From the NCBI GenBank assembly GCA_903813345.2, contig CAIIXF020000001.1:30070001-30134000 (forward strand): a DNA stretch of 64,000 bases, read 5' to 3'. Below, piece by piece: positions 62,294 through 64,000 of the stretch. The notes below the pieces were generated by a model, which did not search any database, was not told where the DNA came from, and was given only the letters and a program-made list of their open reading frames with translations. The stretch's first letter is position 1, and the number at the start of each line of letters is the position of its first letter. The position numbers and the translations under genes were made by a program. The DNA is from Owenia fusiformis (lineage: Eukaryota).

Positions 62294-64000
62294 GTTGAAA
62301 TTCCAGTTGTGGAGTATGGTGAAGATCTAGTTGGTGAAAAGAAAGATGAATTGAATCAGTTACGAAACATCGAAGGACAATGGCAAACTTTGAACAGTAA
62401 AACAGGAGAATGGTGCAATGTCGGCCCTGTTTTAGCCAAACAACTGGACAAGGCATCTCTAGCTTTCAATGAAGATCCTGGTGAACTAAGAAAAATTGAT
62501 GGGCAATGGCAAAAACAAGATAGTAAAACTGGAGAATGGTCCAATGTGAGCCCTGCTTTAGCCAAACAACTAGATGTGGCAGCCTTATCTGTTAATGAAG
62601 ATCCTGGTCAACTAAGGAAGATTGATGGACAATGGCAGAAACAAGACAGTAAAACTGGAGAATGGTCCAATGTGAACCCTGCTTTAGCCAAACAACTAGA
62701 TGTGGCAGCCTTATCTGTCAATGAAGATCCTGGTCAACTCAGAAAGATTGATGGACAGTGGCAGAAGCAAGACAGCAAAACTGGAGAATGGTCTAATGTG
62801 AAACCTACTTTAGCTCACAAACTAGATGTGGCAGCCTTATCTGTCAATGAAGATCCTGGTAAACTCAGAAGGGTTGATGGACAATGGCAGAAACAAGACA
62901 GTAAAACTGGAGAATGGTCCAATGTGAGCCCTGCTTTAGCTCACCAACTAGAAGCGGCAGCCTTATCTGTCAATGAAGATCCTGGTCAACTAAGGAAGGT
63001 TGATGGACAATGGCAGAAACAAGACAGCAAAACTGGAGGATGGTCCAGTGTAAGCCCTGCTTTAGCCAAACAACTAGATGTGGCAGCCTTATCTGTTAAT
63101 GAAGATCCTGGTCAACTAAGGAAGATTGATGGACAATGGCAGAAACAAGACAGCAAAACTGGAGAATGGTCTAATGTGAACCCTACTTTAGCTCACCAAC
63201 TAGATGTGGTAGCCTTATCTGTCAATGAAGATCCTGGTAAACTCAGAAGGGTTGATGGACAATGGCAGAAACAAGACAGCAAAACTGGAGAATGGTCCAA
63301 TGTTAACCCTGCTTTAGCTCACCAACTAGAAGCGGCAGCCTTATCTGTCAATGAGGATCATGGTCAACTAAGGAAGGTTGATGGACAATGGCAGAAACAA
63401 GACAGCAAAACTGGAGAATGGTCCAATGTGAACCCTGCTTTAGCTCACCAACTAGATATGGCAGCCTTATCTGTCAATGAAGATCCTGGTGATCTCAGAA
63501 AGATTGATGGACAATGGCAGAAACAAGACAGCAAAACTGGAGAATGGTCCAATGTGAACCCTGCTTTAGCTCACCAACTAGATGCGGCAGCCTTATCTGT
63601 CAATGAAGATCCTGGTGATCTCAGAAAGGTTGATGGACAATGGCAGAAACAAGACAGTAAAACTGGAGAATGGTCCGATGTGAACCCTGCTTTAGCTCAC
63701 CAACTAGATGTGACAGCCTTATCTGTCAATGAAGATCCTGGTCAACTAAGGAAGGTTGATGGACAGTGGCAGAAGCAAGACAGTAAAACTGGAGAATGGT
63801 CCGATGTGAACCCTGCTTTAGCCAAACAACTAGATGTGGCAGCCTTATCTGTCAATGAAGATCCTGGTCAACTCAGAAAGATTGATGGACAGTGGCAGAA
63901 ACAAGACAGTAAAACTGGAGAATGGTCCAATGTGAACCCTGCTTTAGCTCACCAACTAGATGCGGCAGCCTTATCTGTCAATGAAGATCCTGGTCATCTC
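62294..64000 (+). CDS. large exon with ~13 tandem 126-bp (42-aa) repeats, open to the window end
   Basis: Acceptor TTTTCCTTCACAG then VEIPVVEYGEDL..., followed by repeats of NEDPGQLRKIDGQWQKQDSKTGEWSNVNPALAHQLDVAALSV. Variation is mostly synonymous or conservative; no stop before 64000, so it is missing from the ORF track. Confidence 0.88.

Overview
AT-rich animal (invertebrate-type) genomic DNA with spliced genes and heavily nested transposons. Three host genes are visible. (1) The 5' five coding exons of a TRPN1/NompC-like ankyrin-repeat channel (minus strand, 600-9131, running off the left edge). (2) A complete inositol hexakisphosphate kinase (IP6K; minus, 16971-37481) with a U12-type intron. 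(3) An unrecognised plus-strand gene (42966 to beyond 64000): EF-hand-like N-terminus, E/K/R coiled coil, bipartite NLS-like motif, then about 28 copies of a 40-42 aa two-tryptophan module that resembles half of a WWE domain. The module is encoded first as 15 phase-0 single-module exons (a 5-exon cassette x3), then as a 126-bp tandem repeat in one large exon. One ~175-bp IP6K intron has grown to 17.3 kb through a four-level nest. A Ngaro-type tyrosine-recombinase retrotransposon (18401-35511; gag, RT/RNase H, YR, split direct repeats) has its gag split by a 12.7-kb, almost entirely palindromic foldback element with no visible transposase (19264-31941; CCC...GGG ends, 2-bp TT TSD, 12/48-bp internal arrays). 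That element carries a MITE in one arm and five copies of a short cationic ORF. Also present: a full-length Tx1-like LINE (44713-49887), two Helentron-type non-autonomous elements, several MITEs and a 117-bp tandem amplification of an exon/splice-donor junction. All calls are from reading the sequence by eye; no searches were run.
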